64,000 bases of DNA from assembly GCA_964016885.1 (NCBI GenBank), contig OZ024742.1, positions 262,260,001 through 262,324,000 of the forward strand, given 5' to 3'. Positions 12,246 through 22,027 of this stretch are shown piece by piece (position 1 is the first letter of the stretch; the number at the start of each line of letters is the position of its first letter). Made by a program: the position numbers and the translations under genes. This DNA is from Eledone cirrhosa. Its lineage: Eukaryota. Under the pieces are notes generated by a model, which saw only the letters and a program-made list of their open reading frames with translations, had not been told where the DNA came from and searched no databases.

Positions 12246-13565
12246 AAGTATGTGAAGTGGGTTTAACATTCAAAGTTGTAAAAGATTGTGTGATTAGGTT
12301 AAGGTAAAAGGCAGTACTTTATTATTATTAATAATACTATTATAATTTCTTGTAATAGAATATTTATTGGTGGTTATGAGCGAGAAGTATGAAAAGTAGG
12401 AAGTGAAGCGAAATTAGTTCAGAGGCTGCAGTAATAATTAGTTTTTGCATACAAAATATGTAGGAAACACATAGAGAGTCGGACGCCATGCTTTCCAGCA
12501 TAGTTACGTCCCTTTAAGATCTGAGTTCAAATCCCGCCGAAGTTCACTTTGCCTTTCAATCCTTACGGAGTCGATAAAATAAAGTACCAGTAATGTACTG
12601 GGTAATTGCTGGCCTTGTGCCTAAAGTAGAAACAATTATTAGTCAAGTTCACCGTTCGAATATAAATGGAGATCGAAAGTAACTGATATATTTTTTACCA
12701 GTATTAAGCATTTGAAATTTTTATTTTTTTTGCGGCAAACTCAAACTGTGAAGTGGTGACACCAAATTTGACAGTGTTTTTCATAAAGTAGCCTGTTTAA
12801 TTTTTGTCCTAAGGTACAATATGTCTATTTATAATTATATTACTTAATGAATTGATCACCGTATAATTGGTAGTGTTGGTTTTGAAAGGTGTTTACAATA
12901 CAAGCATACTATGGATTATGTAAGTATAGTGGTGCCCAGATGTGTATATATATGCATACACACACATATAATATTTTATTTTTTAACTAAAACATGGCCA
13001 TGTAAATCATTACACTTGCGAATTAGGGGTGTATAATGTACTCAGAACAAGTCGCTAAGTGCAACATTATAAGTATATACAACCATATGAGACTTAGTTG
13101 CTATTAAATTGAGGTCTGTTTGCTAGGTTTATAGTTAAAGTACACCTATATTGCATTTAATTCCAGAATATATGGATCAAATATACACACATGCATTTCG
13201 AAAAAGATACATATACATACATGGCCACACATACGTATATAGATATATAACCCATGCTAGCGTGGAAAGTGGACGTTAAACGAGGAGGATGATGATGATG
13301 ATGATGATACACACAACCATAAGCATAAGTGCCTATCTATATATATATATGAATATAACACATTGAGTGCATGGAAAATTATTCCTACATCATATAGGAA
13401 GAAGAGATGGAGGAGGAGATGGATATTCACTAGGTTTGGGGATAAACCCCCCCCAAATAAAAAAAAAATTTATATATATATAGAAATTACATGAATCAAA
13501 GTTCTGTTCAAATCATTTATTCGCTTACAATTGTTTCCTTAATACTATATATATATATATATATA

Positions 13566-13770
13566 CACTTCGTTTTTGAATTTGTATTGCAAGATTTTTT
13601 ATCTGAAAACGTGTATTGAAACAGATATTGTTATACTTTGGGAGGGTCATGTTGCCAATAAAAACACACGCACCTGTTGGTTTTCACTTCAATTTATTAT
13701 ATAAGTTGAAGTGAAAACCAACAGCTGCATGTGTTTTTATTGGCGGCATGACCCTCCCAAAGTATAACTA
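13566..13770 (-). mobile_element. Minimal fold-back of a Penelope-like 3' end related to the intact element
   Basis: 68-bp arms 13630-13697 and 13701-13768. The reverse strand reads TGACCCTCCCAAAGTATAACAATATCTGTTTCAATACACG versus TGACCCTCCCCAAATATAACAATATCTGTTTCGACACACG at 21927-21966. Flanked by (TA)n. Confidence 0.75.
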
Positions 13771-13787
13771 TATATATATATATATAT

Positions 13788-14970
13788 ATATATTGGTAAA
13801 CGGAATAGAAAATGCTGACAAATTGTTCACAGTTGAAAAATGGTTTAATTAGGAATAAAAGAGTATTAGTGATTGTATGGGTTAGTATTCGGTTGTGGTT
13901 TTAAGTTTTTAAGTTTTTACCGGTTGCGCATTTCTAAATGCTTTTCAAAAATAATTTTGAGATAGAGTGTCCGTGCTGTTTGCTCTGATCTGATTAGTTT
14001 TGGGAATTCTACCTGTTTTTATGTTAAAAAAATTGGCTCCAGCGTTATTTTTGTGTTGCAAAAATGCTTGTGGTCAAAACAATTTTGATTGGTCGGTAGA
14101 GGTCATGTGGATAAAAAATTGGTTTTGCGCCAAGATTGAGAAATGACTCTTTCACAACAAATATGTGTGTGTGTGTGTAGTAAGGTATTCGATGCAGACC
14201 AAAAACAGCCTCCGCCAACGCATGACTGTCCATAGATCCCAAATTAAAATACGGGAATACAGGAAAATACCATTGATACCTGTGCCGCCCAAAATCATCC
14301 CAACTTCAGAATCTTTCCCCTCTACAAATTTAAAGATAATGCCACCCACACCCAGCGCATCAGCAAGGAATCTTACTTCATTAACAAATACGGACCCCGT
14401 CTAAACACTTCTCCCTAAGACAAACCCACAACATACACACGTCAACATACATACCTACATCAGCACACATCTCTACCCACATATAAACACAATGACACAC
14501 GTAAACACACATGCTCTATGGTGCAATACAAAAAAATATATGTGCATATATATGTATATATATATATATATATATGTAGTGAATATATGTGTGTGTGTAT
14601 GTGTGTATATATATATAGTGAATATCATTTCACACCTTTTATTGTTAAGATTTTTGATGTTCTATTAAGAGAACCGATTTTACTGAAAAAATCGAATAAT
14701 GTACACCATTTTACCAGGGGGAAAAAAATACTGCCCCCCCCCCCCCCCCCACATATATCCACAAACACACGCGTACATCAACATACAAAGAGACTTATAC
14801 ACACACACACACACACACACACGCACTTCTCCGTATAAGACAAAAGCTGAAAAATATCCTTTGACCTTCGAATGACTCTGCTGTATACACACACACACAC
14901 ACACACACTTATCTTAATAGCCATTTGACACACATCGCTGCTGGCTATTGTCGCAGCATCGGATACCTTA

Positions 14971-15054
<84 letters not shown>

Positions 15055-15448
15055 TTGTTGTGAAAGAGTCATTTCTCAATCTTGGCGCAAAACCAATTTT
15101 TTATCCACATGACCTCTACCGACCAATCAAAATTGTTTTGACCACAAGCATTTTTGCAACACAAAAATAACGCTGGAGCCAATTTTTTTAACATAAAAAC
15201 AGGTAGAATTCCCAAAACTAATCAGATCAGAGCAAACAGCACGGACACTCTATCTCAAAATTATTTTTGAAAAGCATTTAGAAATGCGCAACCGGTAAAA
15301 ACTTAAAACCACAACCGAATACTAACCCATACAATCACTAATACTCTTTTATTCCTAATTAAACCATTTTTCAACTGAACAATTTGTCAGCATTTTCTAT
15401 TCCGTTTACCAATATATAACTTGTGTGTTACACCTCTATTCTTTTAAC
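13788..15448 (+). mobile_element. 5'-truncated Penelope-like element (second family) with inverted 3' duplication
   Basis: Arms 13788-14195 and 14956-15418 are near-identical reverse complements apart from (CA)n length. The centre (14196-14418) encodes a frameshifted GIY-YIG C-terminus (QTKNSLRQRMTVHRSQI ... FRIFPLYKF...RISKESYFINKYGPRLN*). The right arm has a ~30-bp extra tail. (TA)n on both sides. Confidence 0.75.
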
Positions 15449-15671
15449 TATATATATATATATATATTGTTATATTTGGGGAGGGTCATATTTGCGTAAT
15501 ATTGCCAGAATTAATAACAGAACACACTCACTGTTTGGTTGGTTTTCGCTTCTCGCTGTCTTTTATATATATATATCTGCGATCTAACTTACTCGGTCCT
15601 CAATGTTGCCATTGACTGACCGGCGGTCAAAAATAAAATAATACAGATACAATATAGACAAACACATATAT

Positions 15672-15728
15672 ATATAGTTTACATAAATCTTTCGTTGCAC
15701 ATCTGCAACATCGTCAGTGGTGTTATAT
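15672..15728 (-). ncRNA. Candidate minimal type I hammerhead ribozyme (mirror copy)
   Basis: Exact reverse complement of 21687-21743. Confidence 0.55.
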
Positions 15729-15981
15729 TCATTGTTCCTCCTGTTGTGTTGTATGTCTACGCCATTTTTTTTTTTTTTTTGTTCAGTCCGTCTATATATT
15801 TATTTATTTATTTGCTTGTTTGTTTATCTTATTTTATTTTGTCTTCTTTGCGCATGCGTTTGCGTGTGTGATGTGTGACTAGTGTGTATAGTGTTGTGTC
15901 TGCTGGGTGACTAGTGTGTGTTTATGTGCTTGTGTATGTATTTATTTATCTTATTTTATTTAATTTAATTTACTTATTTAT

Positions 15982-18342
15982 TTATACTTCTCTTAGGTCA
16001 GTGTTGTTTGTTTGGGTGTTGTTGTTGTTCCACTCATTCTTTCTGTTTAGCTTTGGTCTTCTAATTTCTATTTCACTGGCCTCTCTGATTTGCCTATCTG
16101 CTGGGTCATTCCTATGTTTAGATATTATTCTAATTTCTATGTTGTCTATGTTACCGTCATGATGTTGTCTAGCATGTTCGTATAGTACTGACCCGTTTTT
16201 TCGTCCTTTTAGTTCCCCCCAGTGTTGGTCTATCCTTTCACCTATGCTACGAGCTGTCTCACCTATGTATGTTGTTGTCGTGTTTCTGCAAGTACCCTCT
16301 GTACATCTTATGCTATAGACTACGTTTCTAGTTTTACAGTTTATCCGGGGGTTCACCTTACATATGATACATTTCCTATTGGTACAGTGGGTTTTCTTAA
16401 AAGGGTAGGTTTTGCTGATCAGGGATTTTATGGTGGTTCCTGGCTTTTCTACCACCTTTATTTTTAAGTGGGTCTTTCTCAGGGCCTTTCTACACTGGTT
16501 AGCTAATTTCCCTCCAGGGGTGGCGTCCACAAACATGACACTCTGATATCTCTGGTTGTCGTACCATGATGTGGCCTTCCCTATCTTATGTCTAGCCCTA
16601 TCTAAGCTATTCCATGATTTGCTCCTGTATAGTGGGCAAATTCCTTTCATGTCCAGTTCTATGAGGGTCTTATACTTTTCCATGGCTCCTTCGTATACTC
16701 TGACTCTGTCTCTTTGGTTGTAGCCAGAGAACTGCATGCGGTTGATGAAGTGTTGGATGTGTCCTTCCATTTCTGTTGGGTCGCACATGCTGGACACATT
16801 CTTCATCACTCGTACCAAATCTGCGATCAGAATATTAAACTTAGCACTACTGGACATTGCTGAGTTTTTGAGTATCAGGTATTTGGAGGCCATGGGTTTA
16901 GCATAGTGTGAGTGGAGAATTTGGGCTCTCTCGTCTATAGTGTTAATCCAGAGTTCTGTGTCTAATACAGGTAGTCTATTGTTAGGGTGTTTGGAAGGGA
17001 AGTCTATAGTTACAGTTATACTCTGGTGTATGGAATTAGCTATCTGCTGGATGCTTTCCATCGTGCTACGTTCTAAATCAAACTTGTTAGTGCTCTCTAG
17101 TGGGGGTGTTCTTATAACTATATTGATATCGTCTACATAACGAGAGTACATGATGAGGTCTATGGAGCTTTCATTAAGGAGATCTTTAAGGCTCCTTTCC
17201 CACCATACCATGAAAAGGTTGGCAACATCGCCAGCTATGCTGACGCCGATGGCTGCTCCCTCATTTTGGGTGTAGATTTTCTCATTGAACTTAAATATGT
17301 GGCCCTTTAGGGTAGTTTTGATACTAGCCCCTATTGCATGTGCGACCATTTTTCTTACCTGATCAGTGTTTTGGGGGGTCCGTATAGCTTTGGTCCACCC
17401 AATCCACCTTCCTATGGGAGTCTTTTTAGCCATTGAGGTTATGGTGGGGGGTCTACCTCTTATAGGTCTACTAGGGCAGAAACATCTAAGGTCATGGCTG
17501 TCTAGGTAGTCAGTGTCGTAGGTAAGTCTAAGTAGGAGGCCCAGTTCGTCTGTGTCGACGTCGCAGAACTCCACCTCACTCTCAATGATCATCTCCACAC
17601 ATCTTTTCACAGCAAAATCAATGTTAATGGATGGGTACAGTGACACCACATCCATGCTGCCTATTATGCAGTTGGATAGGCTCCTGTTTTTGTTGCACTC
17701 ACTGATTCTGCTGAGGAGGTCCTCTGTACTTTCACATACATCTGGGGACATCTTGATTATGGGGCGTATAACCATTGAGAGGAAGTAGGAGATCCTGTAG
17801 TTGCTAGCTATATTAGCTCCGCATACAGGTCTTGTTGGTGGTCCTGTTGTCGGGTCGTCGACTGTCTTGTGGTCTTTGCGGAGCCCATACAAGGGTGGTA
17901 TGCCATTGTTAGACGCCTGGAAGTTGTTGGCAGTGCGTCTGCTTGGCTTTAGGATGTCAGTCCACATCATCATGTGAGCGTTGAGGATTTTTTCTCTCCC
18001 ATCGTGTGTTAGTTGCGCAACTTCGCTCGTGTTGGTGATGTGGGGTTGCATTGCCTCGATGTAGTTCGGCATGCTATCTATTGACATCCTACCAGACTTA
18101 TCTGTGGGTAGACACACTACCTCACCATCCCTTGTGCGCTGCTTGAGGCTAACCAAGCCTTCTACAGGTTTTATCCCAAGTTGTTGGGCCTCTGGTCTGC
18201 TCTGTCTCATAGTGTACCTGTCTACTACTTGTCTAATCTTATTTCTAGCTATGGTGAACTGTGCCTCCGTCTCGTCATCTATTTGTTGTGGTATGCAAAC
18301 TCTTTTATTAAAGGGTAACCTCGTAGGATAGATATTACCCAT
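15982..18342 (-). CDS. PLE RT-GIY-YIG ORF, inverted and more 5'-truncated copy (786 aa from an internal Met)
   Basis: Translation is identical to the C-terminal 786 aa of 18495-21446, with no stops. Confidence 0.85.
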   Translation of the reverse strand: MGNIYPTRLPFNKRVCIPQQIDDETEAQFTIARNKIRQVVDRYTMRQSRPEAQQLGIKPVEGLVSLKQRTRDGEVVCLPTDKSGRMSIDSMPNYIEAMQPHITNTSEVAQLTHDGREKILNAHMMMWTDILKPSRRTANNFQASNNGIPPLYGLRKDHKTVDDPTTGPPTRPVCGANIASNYRISYFLSMVIRPIIKMSPDVCESTEDLLSRISECNKNRSLSNCIIGSMDVVSLYPSINIDFAVKRCVEMIIESEVEFCDVDTDELGLLLRLTYDTDYLDSHDLRCFCPSRPIRGRPPTITSMAKKTPIGRWIGWTKAIRTPQNTDQVRKMVAHAIGASIKTTLKGHIFKFNEKIYTQNEGAAIGVSIAGDVANLFMVWWERSLKDLLNESSIDLIMYSRYVDDINIVIRTPPLESTNKFDLERSTMESIQQIANSIHQSITVTIDFPSKHPNNRLPVLDTELWINTIDERAQILHSHYAKPMASKYLILKNSAMSSSAKFNILIADLVRVMKNVSSMCDPTEMEGHIQHFINRMQFSGYNQRDRVRVYEGAMEKYKTLIELDMKGICPLYRSKSWNSLDRARHKIGKATSWYDNQRYQSVMFVDATPGGKLANQCRKALRKTHLKIKVVEKPGTTIKSLISKTYPFKKTHCTNRKCIICKVNPRINCKTRNVVYSIRCTEGTCRNTTTTYIGETARSIGERIDQHWGELKGRKNGSVLYEHARQHHDGNIDNIEIRIISKHRNDPADRQIREASEIEIRRPKLNRKNEWNNNNTQTNNTDLREV

Positions 18343-18494
18343 CTTATATGTTTTGTCAGCTGGGTTGAAAAATAGTTTCTCTAAGGGGTTGTCGTTATTT
18401 CTATCGTCATAGTTGTGTGTGTTGCTATTATTATTATCATGGTGGTTATTGTTGTTTCTATCATTAGCTTTAATATTACAAAAAGATTAACCCT

Positions 18495-21446
18495 ATGGAA
18501 TGCAAAACTGAACTGGAAAAGTGTTTCACAAAAATACGTTGGAATGCAAAGGTAAACAACAACAACAATAATAACGGTAGTAGTAATATAAACAATAACT
18601 CTGGGTATAGAAATAACAGCCATAACCATAACAATGGCAGGAAAGTGAGAAATAGTGATAATGGTAATAATACTAGCGATAGACAGAACAACAACAACCA
18701 CAATAATAATAATAATAGAAACGTTAACCACAGACACAGCAACAGTGACCACAGTAGTAATAACGGTAACAATACGAACAACAACAACAACAATAACCAC
18801 AGTGGTAATAATGGAAATAGTACATGTAGCAACATCAACAAAAACAAGAAACATAATAATAGTAACAACCACAATGGTAGAAATAGCAGTAACAACAACA
18901 ACAATAACGGTGAAGTAAACAACAATACATCTAGCAATCATAACAATAATAATATTAAAGCTAATGATAGAAACAACAATAACCACCATGATAATAATAA
19001 TAGCAACACACACAACTATGACGATAGAAATAACGACAACCCCTTAGAGAAACTATTTTTCAACCCAGCTGACAAAACATATAAGATGGGTAATATCTAT
19101 CCTACGAGGTTACCCTTTAATAAAAGAGTTTGCATACCACAACAAATAGATGACGAGACGGAGGCACAGTTCACCATAGCTAGAAATAAGATTAGACAAG
19201 TAGTAGACAGGTACACTATGAGACAGAGCAGACCAGAGGCCCAACAACTTGGGATAAAACCTGTAGAAGGCTTGGTTAGCCTCAAGCAGCGCACAAGGGA
19301 TGGTGAGGTAGTGTGTCTACCCACAGATAAGTCTGGTAGGATGTCAATAGATAGCATGCCGAACTACATCGAGGCAATGCAACCCCACATCACCAACACG
19401 AGCGAAGTTGCACAACTAACACACGATGGGAGAGAAAAAATCCTCAACGCTCACATGATGATGTGGACTGACATCCTAAAGCCAAGCAGACGCACTGCCA
19501 ACAACTTCCAGGCGTCTAACAATGGCATACCACCCTTGTATGGGCTCCGCAAAGACCACAAGACAGTCGACGACCCGACAACAGGACCACCAACAAGACC
19601 TGTATGCGGAGCTAATATAGCTAGCAACTACAGGATCTCCTACTTCCTCTCAATGGTTATACGCCCCATAATCAAGATGTCCCCAGATGTATGTGAAAGT
19701 ACAGAGGACCTCCTCAGCAGAATCAGTGAGTGCAACAAAAACAGGAGCCTATCCAACTGCATAATAGGCAGCATGGATGTGGTGTCACTGTACCCATCCA
19801 TTAACATTGATTTTGCTGTGAAAAGATGTGTGGAGATGATCATTGAGAGTGAGGTGGAGTTCTGCGACGTCGACACAGACGAACTGGGCCTCCTACTTAG
19901 ACTTACCTACGACACTGACTACCTAGACAGCCATGACCTTAGATGTTTCTGCCCTAGTAGACCTATAAGAGGTAGACCCCCCACCATAACCTCAATGGCT
20001 AAAAAGACTCCCATAGGAAGGTGGATTGGGTGGACCAAAGCTATACGGACCCCCCAAAACACTGATCAGGTAAGAAAAATGGTCGCACATGCAATAGGGG
20101 CTAGTATCAAAACTACCCTAAAGGGCCACATATTTAAGTTCAATGAGAAAATCTACACCCAAAATGAGGGAGCAGCCATCGGCGTCAGCATAGCTGGCGA
20201 TGTTGCCAACCTTTTCATGGTATGGTGGGAAAGGAGCCTTAAAGATCTCCTTAATGAAAGCTCCATAGACCTCATCATGTACTCTCGTTATGTAGACGAT
20301 ATCAATATAGTTATAAGAACACCCCCACTAGAGAGCACTAACAAGTTTGATTTAGAACGTAGCACGATGGAAAGCATCCAGCAGATAGCTAATTCCATAC
20401 ACCAGAGTATAACTGTAACTATAGACTTCCCTTCCAAACACCCTAACAATAGACTACCTGTATTAGACACAGAACTCTGGATTAACACTATAGACGAGAG
20501 AGCCCAAATTCTCCACTCACACTATGCTAAACCCATGGCCTCCAAATACCTGATACTCAAAAACTCAGCAATGTCCAGTAGTGCTAAGTTTAATATTCTG
20601 ATCGCAGATTTGGTACGAGTGATGAAGAATGTGTCCAGCATGTGCGACCCAACAGAAATGGAAGGACACATCCAACACTTCATCAACCGCATGCAGTTCT
20701 CTGGCTACAACCAAAGAGACAGAGTCAGAGTATACGAAGGAGCCATGGAAAAGTATAAGACCCTCATAGAACTGGACATGAAAGGAATTTGCCCACTATA
20801 CAGGAGCAAATCATGGAATAGCTTAGATAGGGCTAGACATAAGATAGGGAAGGCCACATCATGGTACGACAACCAGAGATATCAGAGTGTCATGTTTGTG
20901 GACGCCACCCCTGGAGGGAAATTAGCTAACCAGTGTAGAAAGGCCCTGAGAAAGACCCACTTAAAAATAAAGGTGGTAGAAAAGCCAGGAACCACCATAA
21001 AATCCCTGATCAGCAAAACCTACCCTTTTAAGAAAACCCACTGTACCAATAGGAAATGTATCATATGTAAGGTGAACCCCCGGATAAACTGTAAAACTAG
21101 AAACGTAGTCTATAGCATAAGATGTACAGAGGGTACTTGCAGAAACACGACAACAACATACATAGGTGAGACAGCTCGTAGCATAGGTGAAAGGATAGAC
21201 CAACACTGGGGGGAACTAAAAGGACGAAAAAACGGGTCAGTACTATACGAACATGCTAGACAACATCATGACGGTAACATAGACAACATAGAAATTAGAA
21301 TAATATCTAAACATAGGAATGACCCAGCAGATAGGCAAATCAGAGAGGCCAGTGAAATAGAAATTAGAAGACCAAAGCTAAACAGAAAGAATGAGTGGAA
21401 CAACAACAACACCCAAACAAACAACACTGACCTAAGAGAAGTATAA
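18495..21446 (+). CDS. PLE polyprotein: Asn-rich insert, reverse transcriptase, Cys linker, GIY-YIG endonuclease (983 aa; 5'-truncated)
   Basis: Motifs: PTDKSG, LYGLRKDHK, RPVCG, GSMDVVSLYPSI (motif A), YTQNEGAAIG (B'), RYVDD (C), LPVLD, CxxxxCxxC linker, NVVYSIRC...YIGETARSIGERIDQH...H...REA..I....PKLN. The frame is open back to the inversion junction (YKKINPM...). Confidence 0.92.
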   Translation: MECKTELEKCFTKIRWNAKVNNNNNNNGSSNINNNSGYRNNSHNHNNGRKVRNSDNGNNTSDRQNNNNHNNNNNRNVNHRHSNSDHSSNNGNNTNNNNNNNHSGNNGNSTCSNINKNKKHNNSNNHNGRNSSNNNNNNGEVNNNTSSNHNNNNIKANDRNNNNHHDNNNSNTHNYDDRNNDNPLEKLFFNPADKTYKMGNIYPTRLPFNKRVCIPQQIDDETEAQFTIARNKIRQVVDRYTMRQSRPEAQQLGIKPVEGLVSLKQRTRDGEVVCLPTDKSGRMSIDSMPNYIEAMQPHITNTSEVAQLTHDGREKILNAHMMMWTDILKPSRRTANNFQASNNGIPPLYGLRKDHKTVDDPTTGPPTRPVCGANIASNYRISYFLSMVIRPIIKMSPDVCESTEDLLSRISECNKNRSLSNCIIGSMDVVSLYPSINIDFAVKRCVEMIIESEVEFCDVDTDELGLLLRLTYDTDYLDSHDLRCFCPSRPIRGRPPTITSMAKKTPIGRWIGWTKAIRTPQNTDQVRKMVAHAIGASIKTTLKGHIFKFNEKIYTQNEGAAIGVSIAGDVANLFMVWWERSLKDLLNESSIDLIMYSRYVDDINIVIRTPPLESTNKFDLERSTMESIQQIANSIHQSITVTIDFPSKHPNNRLPVLDTELWINTIDERAQILHSHYAKPMASKYLILKNSAMSSSAKFNILIADLVRVMKNVSSMCDPTEMEGHIQHFINRMQFSGYNQRDRVRVYEGAMEKYKTLIELDMKGICPLYRSKSWNSLDRARHKIGKATSWYDNQRYQSVMFVDATPGGKLANQCRKALRKTHLKIKVVEKPGTTIKSLISKTYPFKKTHCTNRKCIICKVNPRINCKTRNVVYSIRCTEGTCRNTTTTYIGETARSIGERIDQHWGELKGRKNGSVLYEHARQHHDGNIDNIEIRIISKHRNDPADRQIREASEIEIRRPKLNRKNEWNNNNTQTNNTDLREV

Positions 21447-21686
21447 ATAAATAAGTAAATTAAATTAAATAAAATAAGATAAATAAATACATACATAAAC
21501 ACACACTAGTCACCCAGCAGACACAACACTATACACACTAGTCACACATCACACACGCAAACGCATGCGCAAAGAAGACAAAATAAAATAAGATAAACAA
21601 ACAAGCAAATAAATAAATAAATATATAGACGAACTGAACAAAAAAAAAAATGGCGTAGACATACAACACAACAGGAGGAACAATGA

Positions 21687-21743
21687 ATATAACACCACTG
21701 ACGATGTTGCAGATGTGCAACGAAAGATTTATGTAAACTATAT
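21687..21743 (+). ncRNA. Candidate minimal type I hammerhead ribozyme in the PLE 3' repeat
   Basis: CUGACGA-U-[GUUGCA gaug UGCAAC]-GAA-AGAUUU-A: perfect 6-bp stem II and a self-complementary (with G-U) stem III. Stem I is CA/UG, then an internal loop, then AUAUA/UAUAU. Confidence 0.6.
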
Positions 21744-21989
21744 ATATATGTGTTTGTCTATATTGTATCTGTATTATTTTATTTTTGACCGCCGGTCAGT
21801 CAATGGCAACATTGAGGACCGAGTAAGTTAGATCGCAGATATATATATATAAAAGACAGCGAGAAGCGAAAACCAACCAAACAGTGAGTGTGTTCTGTTA
21901 TTAATTCTGGCAATATTACGCAAATATGACCCTCCCCAAATATAACAATATCTGTTTCGACACACGATTTCATATAAAAAACCTCGCAA

Positions 21990-22027
<38 letters not shown>

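Larger units (their letters stand above)
15464..21992. mobile_element. Young Penelope-like retroelement (C-terminal GIY-YIG; Nematis/Neptune-type linker), head-to-head inverted duplication
   Basis: Arms 15464-18478 (-) and 18950-21951 (+) are reverse complements, separated by a 471-bp unique spacer. A ~40-bp tail (21952-21992) is present only on the + arm. (TA)n on both flanks. Confidence 0.92.

Noticed and set aside
13812-13850. Hammerhead-like CTGACAA...GAAA in the second PLE family arms
   Set aside because: G8 is missing, the mirror arm has a 2-nt deletion in the would-be stem II, and there is no convincing stem I or III.
18381-19013. Very hydrophobic 210-aa and 153-aa minus-strand ORFs (poly-V/I, poly-L) resembling membrane proteins
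   Set aside because: They are antisense shadows of the AAC/AAT-rich tract in the PLE ORF.
15464-21951. Interpretation of the inverted PLE as a simple assembly fold-back artefact
   Set aside because: The arms differ by an 8-bp indel and two substitutions, have a unique in-frame spacer and distinct flanks, and smaller diverged examples share the design. Not formally excluded without reads.
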